Source: Candidatus Iainarchaeum sp.
GTDB lineage: Archaea > Iainarchaeota > Iainarchaeia > Iainarchaeales > VGJJ01
NCBI GenBank assembly: GCA_043803765.1
Contig: JAZDJQ010000009.1
Span: 1 to 36,191, forward strand
Reading direction: 5' to 3'
DNA length: 36,191 bases
This document shows, piece by piece, positions 1 through 7,796 of the stretch (positions within the stretch are counted from its first letter, which is position 1; the number at the start of each line of letters is the position of its first letter). The notes beneath the pieces were generated by a model. The model was not told where the DNA came from. It did not search any database and worked only from the letters and a program-made list of their open reading frames with translations. The translations under genes were made by a program, and so were the position numbers.

Positions 1-120
1 GGAGGGTTCGTGGGTTCCCGCTCGAGCGGGAACCAAGAAAAACAAGCACTCCTAAAGGCACTAACCTACAATTTGGAAATAATCAACCGAAAAATCACTT
101 TAACGATTAACTTCCTCTAA
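1..120 (+). CDS. 3' end of a gene entering the window (possibly the C-terminus of a large serine recombinase)
   Basis: Frame 1 is open from base 1 to TAA at 118-120 (GGFVGSRSSGNQEKQALLKALTYNLEIINRKITLTINFL). EKQALLKALTYNLEIINRKITL loosely resembles serine-integrase C-termini; too short to be sure. Confidence 0.3.
   Translation, partial: GGFVGSRSSGNQEKQALLKALTYNLEIINRKITLTINFL
13..34. repeat. Perfect 22-bp palindrome GGTTCCCGCTCGAGCGGGAACC
   Basis: Sequence equals its own reverse complement. Confidence 0.9.
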
Positions 121-363
121 AAGAGGAAGTCAACAGAGCCCGTAACGTGTACAACCTTTAGAACTTTAGGTGGTCCTTATTCGAGCGGTGACTATCTTAT
201 CTCAGTTTGTACATATGAGTATGATGAAGATGGAAAGTTGACGTGGTCGGATTGCAGACATGAAACACAGAAAAGACCTGTAGATTCGGGAATTTGTGGA
301 GCGAGTGACGGGCATGCATCGGCTGATATAGTGTGCAAGCCCCCAGTATTATCAAAAAACTAG
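121..363 (+). pseudogene. Start-less remnant of a Cys-rich protein C-terminus
   Basis: 80 open codons (KRKSTEPVTCTTF...SVCTYEYDEDGKLTWSDCR...GICG...IVCKPPVLSKN*), 5 Cys, no ATG. Its TAG overlaps the convergent GTPase stop within CTAG at 360-363. Confidence 0.4.
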
Positions 364-1130
364 ACAATACGGCTTTTTTTGGATCCCCCCTGCCAATCCA
401 AAACAAGTTTGATTGCCGCGGTATGCAAATCAGGAATGCCCCCTTTCCTTATTTTCCTCCAATGAATAGCAAGTTCGGCCAATTGCTCATCTCCATCCTT
501 TCCCCCTTTTGGAGAAAAACCATACGTTCGCTGCAACCAATCACTCCATATTTCTTGACTGGGCAACCATTCCAACAATTGCATGGCTAAACTCTCAATA
601 TCTCTCAACTGGTTAGGAGAACGAGCATTCATCAACATGAGTTGAAACGAATCATTCTCATTAAGGGGAATAACACCTGGCGTATCAAACAAGTATATTC
701 CTTCACGCAACCGTATTCTTGAACGACCGCGAGTAAAACCAGCCTGCTTGGAAGTAGGAGCGGCATGCCTCCCCGCAAGCGCATTGATTAAGGATGATTT
801 CCCTGCATTAGGATAACCCACCACGGCAACATTTCCTCCATCCTTTAACATTGAAAAGATGAGACTGCGCAATCGAATAATATTACGCTTGGGAAGAGCC
901 GAAACTAACACAATTGGAATTTCTTCACTCAACCAGTCCTTTACATCAGGCTTTTTACCCATTAACAAATCCATTTTATTCAACACGAGAATGAAAGGAA
1001 TTTTTTTCCTCTTCAACCAATTCTCCATATCCGAGACACGCATCATCTGAGGAAAACGAGAATCAATCACCACCAAAACAAGATTGGCTTCTTTCAACGC
1101 ATCAAAGGCCTGGCGGAAAAAGGAAGACAT
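360..1130 (-). CDS. Circularly permuted ribosome-biogenesis GTPase (RbgA/YlqF family)
   Basis: Motif order G4 NKMD, G5 VSA, G1 GYPNAGKSS, G2 FTRG, G3 DTPG; N-terminal DSRFP; C-terminal KGGIPD. Confidence 0.92.
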   Translation of the reverse strand: MSSFFRQAFDALKEANLVLVVIDSRFPQMMRVSDMENWLKRKKIPFILVLNKMDLLMGKKPDVKDWLSEEIPIVLVSALPKRNIIRLRSLIFSMLKDGGNVAVVGYPNAGKSSLINALAGRHAAPTSKQAGFTRGRSRIRLREGIYLFDTPGVIPLNENDSFQLMLMNARSPNQLRDIESLAMQLLEWLPSQEIWSDWLQRTYGFSPKGGKDGDEQLAELAIHWRKIRKGGIPDLHTAAIKLVLDWQGGSKKSRIV

Positions 1131-1145
1131 AGCAAGATAGTAAAA

Positions 1146-1499
1146 TCAAAGGAGTTTTAAATGACCGGTGTATCGTTGAATTTCATTTTCATTCCCAGGA
1201 CCAATACCAACACACGTTTTCGTTCCAGGAAGGACTTGCGTGTGGCCTGCATCCGTAATGAGGGAAGCAGGAAAGTGTTTCTTCACTTGTTCAAACAACA
1301 GCACTAATTCCTTTTCACTATTCACTTTTACCACGATCTTTTTCATTCCCTCATCTAACCATTCTTCCCATACACTGCCGTATTTTCTTTCCTGGGATTT
1401 TAGAAAAGCAGAAATAGACGCATGAGCGCACTGCGCAGCAATCTTACCCTTACTCATTTTCAAATCATTTCGTACGACAAGAAACTGGACGTGTGACAT
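1146..1499 (-). CDS. pth2: Peptidyl-tRNA hydrolase Pth2
   Basis: VVRNDLKMSKGKIAAQCAHA, KKIVVK, ITDAGHTQV.PGT.T..GIGP, TGHLKLL. Confidence 0.97.
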   Translation of the reverse strand: MSHVQFLVVRNDLKMSKGKIAAQCAHASISAFLKSQERKYGSVWEEWLDEGMKKIVVKVNSEKELVLLFEQVKKHFPASLITDAGHTQVLPGTKTCVGIGPGNENEIQRYTGHLKLL

Positions 1500-1539
1500 G
1501 ATACTCTAAGGTAGTGCATGAGTAATTAAAAAAGAACGC

Positions 1540-1992
1540 TTATGCACTCGGACGAGAAATCTCCGTATCCACGGAAGAAGTAACATTATCCCCTTTCAAA
1601 ATGGTTGCCATCCCCTGACGAGGAGTTTCTTCCACTACTTGCACCCCTGAAGGAGATTCCTCATCGGAAGAAGAACCCTTAATGGAACGCAATGTAATCG
1701 TCTTAGTCGTTCCGTTATCCTCCCACAAAGAAGAAAACTTCACAGGAGAATGCATATCCAACCAAATCACACGCTCGGTAGGGTGCTCATACCCCTTCAA
1801 CGAGAATGCACGATTATATTCTAAGAGAGCACGCCCGCCCTGAATAGAATGCAACGCGAACAAAGGAGAACCATTCTTCAATGTCTCAAACGTCTCCCCC
1901 TCATTAATCGTAACCGATTTGGACTCTTTCCTCTTCTGAAAAGGAGGCTTCCAGTCCTGGGACAATGACTCAATCTCGATAACGGCCTGCAT
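1540..1992 (-). CDS. Hypothetical protein (beta-rich N-domain, Ser/acidic disordered tail)
   Basis: 150-aa ORF filling the gap, same strand as pth2; no family recognised. Confidence 0.7.
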   Translation of the reverse strand: MQAVIEIESLSQDWKPPFQKRKESKSVTINEGETFETLKNGSPLFALHSIQGGRALLEYNRAFSLKGYEHPTERVIWLDMHSPVKFSSLWEDNGTTKTITLRSIKGSSSDEESPSGVQVVEETPRQGMATILKGDNVTSSVDTEISRPSA

Positions 1993-2130
1993 AATTCACT
2001 CAACCCCTCTATCATTCCAACCCTGCTTTACGCATCGGAGGATTAACGTTTCTCATGTATTTAATGGTTCGCTACATATGGCGAGAACCCTTCCAAAGGT
2101 GTTTAAATGATAAAAGGAGCCCTCTCCAAC

Positions 2131-3216
2131 ATGGGGTTCTTTCAATTCTTAGAAAATGTTATCACTCACATTCGAGGAGTACAAGAAAAACAGGAACGGA
2201 TAGGAAACACCATCCGAAAACAGGCAAAGGGAGAAATCCCTCATAATGGAAACGAACCACTATTCATCGAAAACACACTAACTCATTCCATTCAAAAAAA
2301 AATGAATGATGGAAAAATTGCGGGCGTGGATTCGGGATTCGCAGGACAATCATTCTATACAATGGATATTATGATGCTGCGGGCAGCAGGAGCATGTTTC
2401 ACATACGAAAACGGGGTCATGACGAAAGCGGAATACGAACCCGAGAGTTTTTCACTGCCTCAACCCATTGTAAACGGACAAGGATTGGAACGAGAGGATT
2501 TTCACAAATTCGTTTCCCTTACACGACTCCAAGCGGAAACAGAAAACGCGATACAAGTAATACAAAAAATGAAACCGGATGTGTGCTTCATGGATGGAAG
2601 CCTCATTTTACACCCGGCTGATAAACCCGGAAGCGATTCCCCACTCAAAAAAGAATATGAAAAAACCATTTCAGGATTTGTAGAATTGTATAAAACAGCA
2701 TTACAAAAAAAATGCATGCTGATAGGAGCAATCGAAGACAGCCGCTCTACTCGATTAAGCGAATGGATACAAAAAAACATGACGCTTCCACAAGAATTAC
2801 AGAACGAAAAAATGCACGACATTCCATTACTGGACAAAGTATTACAGCCGGGAGAAAGAAGCATGATATTTCCAATCGCAGAAAAAAATGAAAAACACCC
2901 CATCTTGAGCGACTTTCCTACCGAATGGAGAGAAAAACTATTTGCATGCTACGTGAAACCATCCCAATGGGATTATCCACTACGCATTGAATTTTTGAGC
3001 AATGGAAACACGATAGAGGACGGGCAACGCGCAGCAGAAATCGCACACGCACAAAGTAATTTGCACAAAGACTATGCGTATCCTTCCATTCTCATTGAAG
3101 CCGACATGCGGGCAGGACTCAAACCGCAAGAAATAGAACTCGTGAGCGACAAAATACTATCCAAAATAGGACGAAACACGCTGCGATTGAAAAGAAGGGA
3201 TAGGAGACCGTTCTGA
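2131..3216 (+). CDS. nurA: DNA double-strand-break repair nuclease NurA
   Basis: IAGVDSG and CFMDGSL acidic motifs, YPLRIEF, YAYPSILIEAD..A. Start set at ATG 2131, downstream of TTTAAA at 2102-2107. Confidence 0.9.
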   Translation: MGFFQFLENVITHIRGVQEKQERIGNTIRKQAKGEIPHNGNEPLFIENTLTHSIQKKMNDGKIAGVDSGFAGQSFYTMDIMMLRAAGACFTYENGVMTKAEYEPESFSLPQPIVNGQGLEREDFHKFVSLTRLQAETENAIQVIQKMKPDVCFMDGSLILHPADKPGSDSPLKKEYEKTISGFVELYKTALQKKCMLIGAIEDSRSTRLSEWIQKNMTLPQELQNEKMHDIPLLDKVLQPGERSMIFPIAEKNEKHPILSDFPTEWREKLFACYVKPSQWDYPLRIEFLSNGNTIEDGQRAAEIAHAQSNLHKDYAYPSILIEADMRAGLKPQEIELVSDKILSKIGRNTLRLKRRDRRPF

Positions 3217-3226
3217 TTAATGAAAA

Positions 3227-4093
3227 TCAACGAGATTTGTGCAGTGGCATTCGGCGCATCCGCGCAATCTTACGCTTTCCCTTCATTACCCGAAGCATTT
3301 TTCCAGTAATATTGTCACGCAAGCCAAACTCCCATAACTTTTCAATATCGGAAAGAAGAATATGACGCCACACCATCGCTTCACGTGATAATACCAACCC
3401 CGGACGGGAAATTGATTTTCCAAGAAGAAAATGAAGAATTTTTTTACGCTTACCCGATAATGGAAAAAGAAATTTCATCGAATCGGTAGTGAAGAGCCAA
3501 GGAACATCATATTGCTTGATACGACCTTCCCACAATAATCTAGAATAAACTTTACTCTTAGGAGTACGTTTAGTAGTAACACTTGCACCAAAAAGAGAAG
3601 CATTCCAATTTCTTTCCCGAATAATTCCATCTAGGAGACTAAAATGTTCAGAAATCGAACCACCCGAAAATGCCTCATCAATCAACATGACACGCACCGG
3701 CTTCTGTCTTTTAACAGATGACATGACCTGACCCAGCATGTCGGTTAATTCTTTTTTCTTCTGGGCGTGTGTCATGGATTCCCTAAATCTTGCAGGAATC
3801 GTATCAAACACCAAACCATTATCCAAATCCGATTGCTCTCCCGTACGCGGATACATGACGGGAGGCATCAGAGAACTTTTTCGTTCAAGACTGGCAATGA
3901 GATGAATCGTTTTCAAAATAGGCTCTGCCCCACGCAAAGGGGCAATAATAACAGTAGGACGACGATGAATAATTTGACGATACACTGCATAACATGCACG
4001 ATAAAAACCAAGCAATTCATAAAGAGAATAAGGGTGCTTCTGCATCTCCCGATACTCTTTCTTGTTGACGTGAGGAGTATTCCTCGCTGACAT
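3227..4093 (-). CDS. Orphan protein with type I phosphoribosyltransferase-like motifs
   Basis: VIIAPLRGA (PPi-loop-like) and RVMLIDEAFSGGSI (PRPP-loop-like); TATATA about 25 nt before ATG 4093; Arg/Lys-rich C-terminus. Confidence 0.6.
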   Translation of the reverse strand: MSARNTPHVNKKEYREMQKHPYSLYELLGFYRACYAVYRQIIHRRPTVIIAPLRGAEPILKTIHLIASLERKSSLMPPVMYPRTGEQSDLDNGLVFDTIPARFRESMTHAQKKKELTDMLGQVMSSVKRQKPVRVMLIDEAFSGGSISEHFSLLDGIIRERNWNASLFGASVTTKRTPKSKVYSRLLWEGRIKQYDVPWLFTTDSMKFLFPLSGKRKKILHFLLGKSISRPGLVLSREAMVWRHILLSDIEKLWEFGLRDNITGKMLRVMKGKRKIARMRRMPLHKSR

Positions 4094-4178
4094 ATGTGAT
4101 CCTTCATAGAAAATCACCTATATAGAAGTGGCGGTATTCCCTCCAAACCCTTAAAACGAGTAAAAGGAGTAGTGATTT

Positions 4179-5735
4179 ATGACCAATGAAAAAGAAGGGG
4201 AAATAGGAACCGTCGTTTCCACCTCCGAGAGCCCGTCTCCATCAAAGGTAGACTTCGTGGTGATGAACGGGAAGGTTCATCGCGGACAGTTTGTCGAAAT
4301 ACCCTACACGGAAGGGTTGCTCGTTGGAATGATTGAGAACGTAATCAAAACAAACAAGTATTTTGAACGCGCGGACGCGGTAAAAGAATTTGAAACACAG
4401 GGGGCCAAACTGTTCGAACAGTTTCCAGTAAACGATTGGGAGTATGTATTGGCACAAGTCAACCCTCTTGGCGTGTTCCATAATGAAAAAATAAAACGCA
4501 CCACATTTCCACCCTCTCCGGGAACAAAAGTATTCAACGCGCAACCGGACAATATCATCCGATTTTTAGGATTGGACGAAGAAAAAGGAATAGAATTAGG
4601 AGAAATGGAATTCCACCCGGTGAAAGTAAGACTGAATTTATCACGATTTTTACAAAAACATGCCGCCATACTCGCAATGAGCGGAGCAGGAAAAAGCCAT
4701 TCCGTTGCATGCTTACTAGAAGAATTATTAGAACGAAAAAAAGAAAACGGACGCATCGCAGTAGTCGTATTTGATGTGCATGGAGAATACACGCATTTTG
4801 CCGAACCACCCACGCAGAAGGAATTTTCGGATTATGCGGGAAGAACACGATTGATTCGAGGAAGAGATTTGAGAATAGGCGTTCCCAAAATACCATTAGG
4901 AATGTTTTCCATTCTATTGCCCAACATGTCACCTGCACAAAAAAGAGAATTAGGAAAAGCCATTCAAACATTACAAGAAAAAATGAGGGACGGACAAGGA
5001 CCGTATGACTTACAGGATATCAAAACGGAATTGCTTGCAGAATTAGACGCAAAACAAGGAAAAGACAGCGTAGTAAATGCGCTGATTGGATGGCTTTATG
5101 AATTAGAAGAACTGCGAATGTTTGGAAAAGCAGATAACCCCGCATTAATAGACTTAATACAACCCGGAATACTCACTATCGTTGATTTGAGCGATATCAT
5201 TCACCAACGAAAAAAACAAGTAATGGTAGGATACTTAGCACAACGCATATTCAATGAAAGAAGAAACAAAGCGATTCCACCCACCACTATCGTATTAGAA
5301 GAAGCCCATCAATTCATCCCCCAACAATCAAGCAAAAGCGAATCATCCTGCAAAGGAGTATTCCGAACAATTGCAAGAGAAGGAAGAAAATTTGGAGTAA
5401 GCCTATGCCTTATTTCACAACGGCCCATTCAACTTGATACCACCACATTATCCCAATGCAACACGCAACTATTATTACGCATCACCAATCCGTATGACAT
5501 TAAACATATTGGAGAGAGTGCGGAAGGCCTTTCGAGTGAAAGCCTTGGAATGCTCACCGCACTAAAAGTAGGAGAGGCTTTGTTGATAGGAGAAGCCGTG
5601 AACGCCCCCACTTTTTTCAAAATACGCCAACGAAAAAGCCAGCCCTCGCAACACGAAGGAAGTTTAGAAAAAGCAGGAATCGCATTCGAAGAAAACGCGG
5701 AAGCAAATAGAAAAGAAACGGAAGACTTATTGTGA
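4179..5735 (+). CDS. herA: HerA bipolar helicase/ATPase
   Basis: N-terminal HAS-barrel-like region, HAAILAMSGAGKS, FDVHGEY, IVLEEAHQF, IAREGRKFG, ISQRP. Confidence 0.93.
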   Translation: MTNEKEGEIGTVVSTSESPSPSKVDFVVMNGKVHRGQFVEIPYTEGLLVGMIENVIKTNKYFERADAVKEFETQGAKLFEQFPVNDWEYVLAQVNPLGVFHNEKIKRTTFPPSPGTKVFNAQPDNIIRFLGLDEEKGIELGEMEFHPVKVRLNLSRFLQKHAAILAMSGAGKSHSVACLLEELLERKKENGRIAVVVFDVHGEYTHFAEPPTQKEFSDYAGRTRLIRGRDLRIGVPKIPLGMFSILLPNMSPAQKRELGKAIQTLQEKMRDGQGPYDLQDIKTELLAELDAKQGKDSVVNALIGWLYELEELRMFGKADNPALIDLIQPGILTIVDLSDIIHQRKKQVMVGYLAQRIFNERRNKAIPPTTIVLEEAHQFIPQQSSKSESSCKGVFRTIAREGRKFGVSLCLISQRPIQLDTTTLSQCNTQLLLRITNPYDIKHIGESAEGLSSESLGMLTALKVGEALLIGEAVNAPTFFKIRQRKSQPSQHEGSLEKAGIAFEENAEANRKETEDLL

Positions 5736-5750
5736 AGCAACGGGAAAAAA

Positions 5751-5805
5751 TGTCCCGCCCCCCGGACTTGCACTACGTGATGCCACTATCAGCGGAACCA
5801 ATGGC
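5751..5805 (-). ncRNA. Candidate small structured RNA / tRNA 3' fragment
   Basis: GC-rich patch with minus-strand TTATATA (5833-5827) upstream and T6 (5750-5745) downstream; ends TGCAAGTCCGGGGGGCGGGACA. Confidence 0.4.
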
Positions 5806-5857
5806 GGTTTGGAGCTGGTTATGGAGTATATAACGAGGGGATTTAGGGGTTATTCGT

Positions 5858-7147
5858 ATGTCCCCCAATACGTACAGCCTAACATCAGTTTCGGCCCGCG
5901 CAGATAGAAAAGGAGTTGATGTTAGCTTTGCAAACGCACACGAAAAAAGAACCGAATTCTACACATTCTTCCCATCCTTCTACCTCCCCCACACTTCCAC
6001 TAATACATTTGAAACCGTATTAGAAAAAGGAGTGGAAGAAAAACACCAAACCATTGCCCACACCCACAGTATTCAAGTGATAAGCGGAACATGGGAATCG
6101 CTCAAAAAAATAGCAACACAAATCCACACCTTTACGGGTTATTATCCCTCCCTCCTCGAACCGGAAAGACAGTTTCTATTAACACAAAAATGGAGATACT
6201 TCCAATCATTTGATGGAAAACGCATTCCTCAAACAGGAGCATTTGAAGAAACACAAATAGAAGGAATGGCAGAAGGAATCCTTACTACGTTACGCGGACT
6301 GCATCAGCACAACTCCCAATTAGAAAAACAATTAGCACGACAACTCGCAATAAGTCATGAATTAGGCATTCCCCCGCACGCCACTTCAACAAATGTAAAT
6401 GAACAAATGGAGTGTCTGCTCGAAAACACTTTTTTTCAGCATCACCTTGCTGCCCCGCTCCAATCAACTTTACCTTTACAACGAGGAAAATGGAACATCG
6501 AAAAAAGAAAAAATGCTGAAGAAAAAGGATGGGAAACACCATTACAACATGAAGGAAAATGCAGTTGTTGTACTCCCCAATCAGGAATAGAAGCTCACCT
6601 AACAAAAGGAAGCCGAATTACAGTAACCATTCTCCAAGACGGAGTGTACATTCACACCCAACATGAAGCATTAAGCCACCACTATCACACTACACACCCT
6701 CACAAAGGAAAAAGAATAACGCGTGCAAATGAATGGGGATTAGATATTTTCCCACTAGGACCTTTTTCACGAGGAGAAAAAATAGAATTGCCATTGCAAG
6801 AAGCACGAGATGCGCATGAAGCAGGATTAGGAAGAATGGAAAAAAACATGGACGCATGCACGTGGAAATGCCTCAAAGAAAAAGGAATATTAGAAAAACT
6901 AAAAGAAGAACTTATGCAGAGAAGAAATTATCACGACATGCAAGCAGGAGGAGTATTACAACCCTATATTTCACAATATCAACTTGCTTACTCTCAACAT
7001 GTATGGAAGTCTCCCGAAGCCCTACTCCACCAAGAAGGAAGAAACACTATTCAGCGATGGATGGAACAACTCCCATTACACCTCCAAAACGGAGAAACCC
7101 GATGGAGGGATAGAGAATGGGCGGAAAGCGTGCAAAATAGCACATAA
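5858..7147 (+). CDS. Inactivated, truncated family-B DNA polymerase derivative with GINS B-domain-like insertion
   Basis: PolB-like landmarks in correct order (FFPSFYL; EPERQFLL; ISHELGIP...EQMECLLE...AP; CSCC; W.C..EKGILEKLKEELMQRR; RWRDREWAESV). No Exo motifs, no DxxSLYPS, no KxxxNSxYG, no YGDTDS. Confidence 0.65.
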   Translation: MSPNTYSLTSVSARADRKGVDVSFANAHEKRTEFYTFFPSFYLPHTSTNTFETVLEKGVEEKHQTIAHTHSIQVISGTWESLKKIATQIHTFTGYYPSLLEPERQFLLTQKWRYFQSFDGKRIPQTGAFEETQIEGMAEGILTTLRGLHQHNSQLEKQLARQLAISHELGIPPHATSTNVNEQMECLLENTFFQHHLAAPLQSTLPLQRGKWNIEKRKNAEEKGWETPLQHEGKCSCCTPQSGIEAHLTKGSRITVTILQDGVYIHTQHEALSHHYHTTHPHKGKRITRANEWGLDIFPLGPFSRGEKIELPLQEARDAHEAGLGRMEKNMDACTWKCLKEKGILEKLKEELMQRRNYHDMQAGGVLQPYISQYQLAYSQHVWKSPEALLHQEGRNTIQRWMEQLPLHLQNGETRWRDREWAESVQNST

Positions 7148-7229
7148 GGGGAAAGAAAAGAGAGGAAAAGAGGACAGCGCCTTTTTATACGTTTCTTCGC
7201 GGATGATGGGTAATAAGGGGTATTAATCC

Positions 7230-7436
7230 ATGCACACGATGACACGATTTGAAAAAACACGCATTATGGGAGCACGATCCCTCCAATTAGCATTCGGGGC
7301 ACCTCCGCTCATTGAGGCAAAAAAGATGCGCACTCCTTACGAATTAGCACGAAAAGAATTCGATGAAAAAGTAATCCCATTATCCATTATACGAAACCTC
7401 CCAAATGGAGAACACATCCGAATTGAGGTGAATTAA
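7230..7436 (+). CDS. rpoK: RNA polymerase subunit Rpo6 (K)
   Basis: TRFEKTRIMGARSLQLAFGAPPLI...A.KE....IPL.I.R.LP. Confidence 0.96.
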   Translation: MHTMTRFEKTRIMGARSLQLAFGAPPLIEAKKMRTPYELARKEFDEKVIPLSIIRNLPNGEHIRIEVN

Positions 7437-7796
7437 ATGGGAAAATCCGTCCCAAAAGGAATCAAAAGCAAGGCCAACGTTATCATGAAAGAGATTCCCG
7501 ATTCATTCTCCGCAAGCTTTGAGGGAAACAAATCATCCATTCGAGGACTAAAACTGCCGTTTTCAAAATGGACAACTAATGTAATGGCGGGATTCGTTAC
7601 AAGACGAAAGAAAAGAACGATTGCTGCTGAGAAAAAACTATTAGAAGAGAAAGAGAAAAAAGAAGCCGTTATGAAAGAAGCACCCGATATGGTTGCCGAG
7701 AAAAAACCGCGCACACGAAAAACAAAAAAGAAAGAAGAAGTTGAAGGAATTCCTATCGAAGAAATAATTGACGAAAAGAAGGACGAAATTAACTAA
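7437..7796 (+). CDS. rps17e: 30S ribosomal protein eS17 with charged C-terminal extension
   Basis: MGK.....IK..A......F...FEGNK.......SK...NVMAGFVTR; about 60-aa K/E-rich tail. Confidence 0.85.
   Translation: MGKSVPKGIKSKANVIMKEIPDSFSASFEGNKSSIRGLKLPFSKWTTNVMAGFVTRRKKRTIAAEKKLLEEKEKKEAVMKEAPDMVAEKKPRTRKTKKKEEVEGIPIEEIIDEKKDEIN

Noticed and set aside
297-312. Minus-strand CCCGTCACTCGCTCCA resembling a tRNA-Gly 3' end (att site)
   Set aside because: Only 16 nt, no T-loop, bacterial-type U73, and it reads well as part of the Cys-rich frame; probably chance.
2131-5735. NurA-HerA as an anti-phage nuclease-HerA defence system
   Set aside because: Both look like canonical archaeal repair proteins, with Rad50 nearby.
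5751-5825. Fluoride or SAM-II riboswitch, or HDV/twister ribozyme
   Set aside because: Only fragments match (AACCGCC..GCTGAT; GCTGAT..TGCAAG; CAAGTCCGG); required conserved elements and P3/L3 are missing.
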